From Candidatus Cloacimonadales bacterium (GTDB lineage Bacteria > Cloacimonadota > Cloacimonadia > Cloacimonadales > JAFGVF01), in assembly GCA_963678315.1 (NCBI GenBank), contig OY782781.1:2560001-2624000 (forward strand): 64,000 nucleotides of DNA. The letters run 5' to 3'. The translations under genes and the position numbers were made by a program. Shown one piece after another: positions 63,283-64,000 of the stretch. The notes below the pieces were generated by a model. That model searched no databases and had not been told where the DNA came from. It worked only from the letters and a program-made list of their open reading frames with translations. How positions within the stretch are numbered: position 1 is the first letter of the stretch; the number at the start of each line of letters is the position of its first letter.

Positions 63283-64000
63283 CCACGAATGGCACAAATC
63301 TCACAAATCTCACAGATTAAGAAGAGATATTACCACGAAAGACACAAAAAGACACTAAAGAAAGTCTTAATTGTTTTAGGCCACGGATTACACAGATAAG
63401 CACGGATAAAGGGAAGAAATTAAAAATGAAGAATGATGAATGAAGAATTGAGGAGATGCTATCCATAAAAACCCCGAAGGGGTGGCATATACTAAGCATG
63501 GAGGCTTGCCCTCCATGTAATAGTTAAAAAATAAAAAAAGCCCTGAAAGGGCGACATAAAGGCTAAGCTTTATCTGCAAATAGAGAATTTTACCACGAAA
63601 AGCACGAATAACACGAAAAAAATATTCACATTATTTAGGACTGGACAGATAGCCACGAATGGCACAAATCTCACAGATTAAGAAGAGATATTACCACGAA
63701 AGACACAAAAAGACACGAAAGAAAGTCTTAATTGTTTTAGGCCACGGATTACACAGATAAGCACGGATAAAGGGGAAAAATGAAGAATGATGAATGAAGA
63801 ATGATTGAAGAATTGAGGAGTTGCTATCCATAAAAACCCCGAAGGGGTGGCATATACTAAGCATGGGGTCTTGTACCCCATGTAAATAATAGATAAAAAT
63901 CTAGCCCTGAAAGGGCGACATAAAGGCTAGGTCCTATCTACAAATAGAGAATTTTACCACAAAAAGCACGAAGAACACGAAAAAAATATTCACATTATTT
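63281..64000. repeat. tandem ~370 bp composite repeat (2 units, second cut by the window end)
   Basis: AGCCACGAATGGCACAAATC at 63281 and 63651; modules are collinear between the units. Confidence 0.93.

Noticed and set aside
63317..63881. Short minus-strand ORFs with repeated LSVLICVIRG/FCVFRG peptides
   Set aside because: These are translations of the CAC-triplet DNA repeat; indels between the units change the frame.

Overview
AT-rich chromosomal window from an anaerobic diderm bacterium. Evidence: LptF/LptG, GmhA, a beta-barrel fragment, IorAB, an FeFe-hydrogenase-like gene and a FlgD/T9SS-like C-terminal domain. Cloacimonadota-like is my inference only. Most of the window is housekeeping or metabolic: CHASE2 adenylate cyclase, a DRTGG/kinase/hydrogenase-like/PHP operon, tldE/tldD, glmS, ligA, lptFG, lysC, metG, ribD, nadE, glnS, tRNA-Leu-tig-clpP-clpX, gmhA, iorAB, and two sugar-ABC loci (one with a GH38 mannosidase). 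The most unusual signal is non-coding. A small set of palindromic modules recurs at 7.5, 18.4, 26.7-29.8, 50.0-50.8 and 63.2-64.0 kb, reshuffled in order and orientation, and some stems show compensatory base-pair changes. The modules form a 5 x ~149 bp tandem array and a ~370 bp tandem repeat. An intact IS21 (istAB, 5-bp TSD) is inserted at the apex of one array hairpin. Protein-level oddities include a solute-binding/permease fusion paired with a permease carrying five GH42-like repeats, a degenerate amidohydrolase upstream of tldE/tldD, a stand-alone FTP/PepSY propeptide whose partner gene seems deleted, a cargo-less sorting domain next to a DUF2723 glycosyltransferase, and a likely internal beta-subunit start in lysC. 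No CRISPR, prophage or rRNA was seen. All family assignments come from motif recognition by eye; no searches were run.
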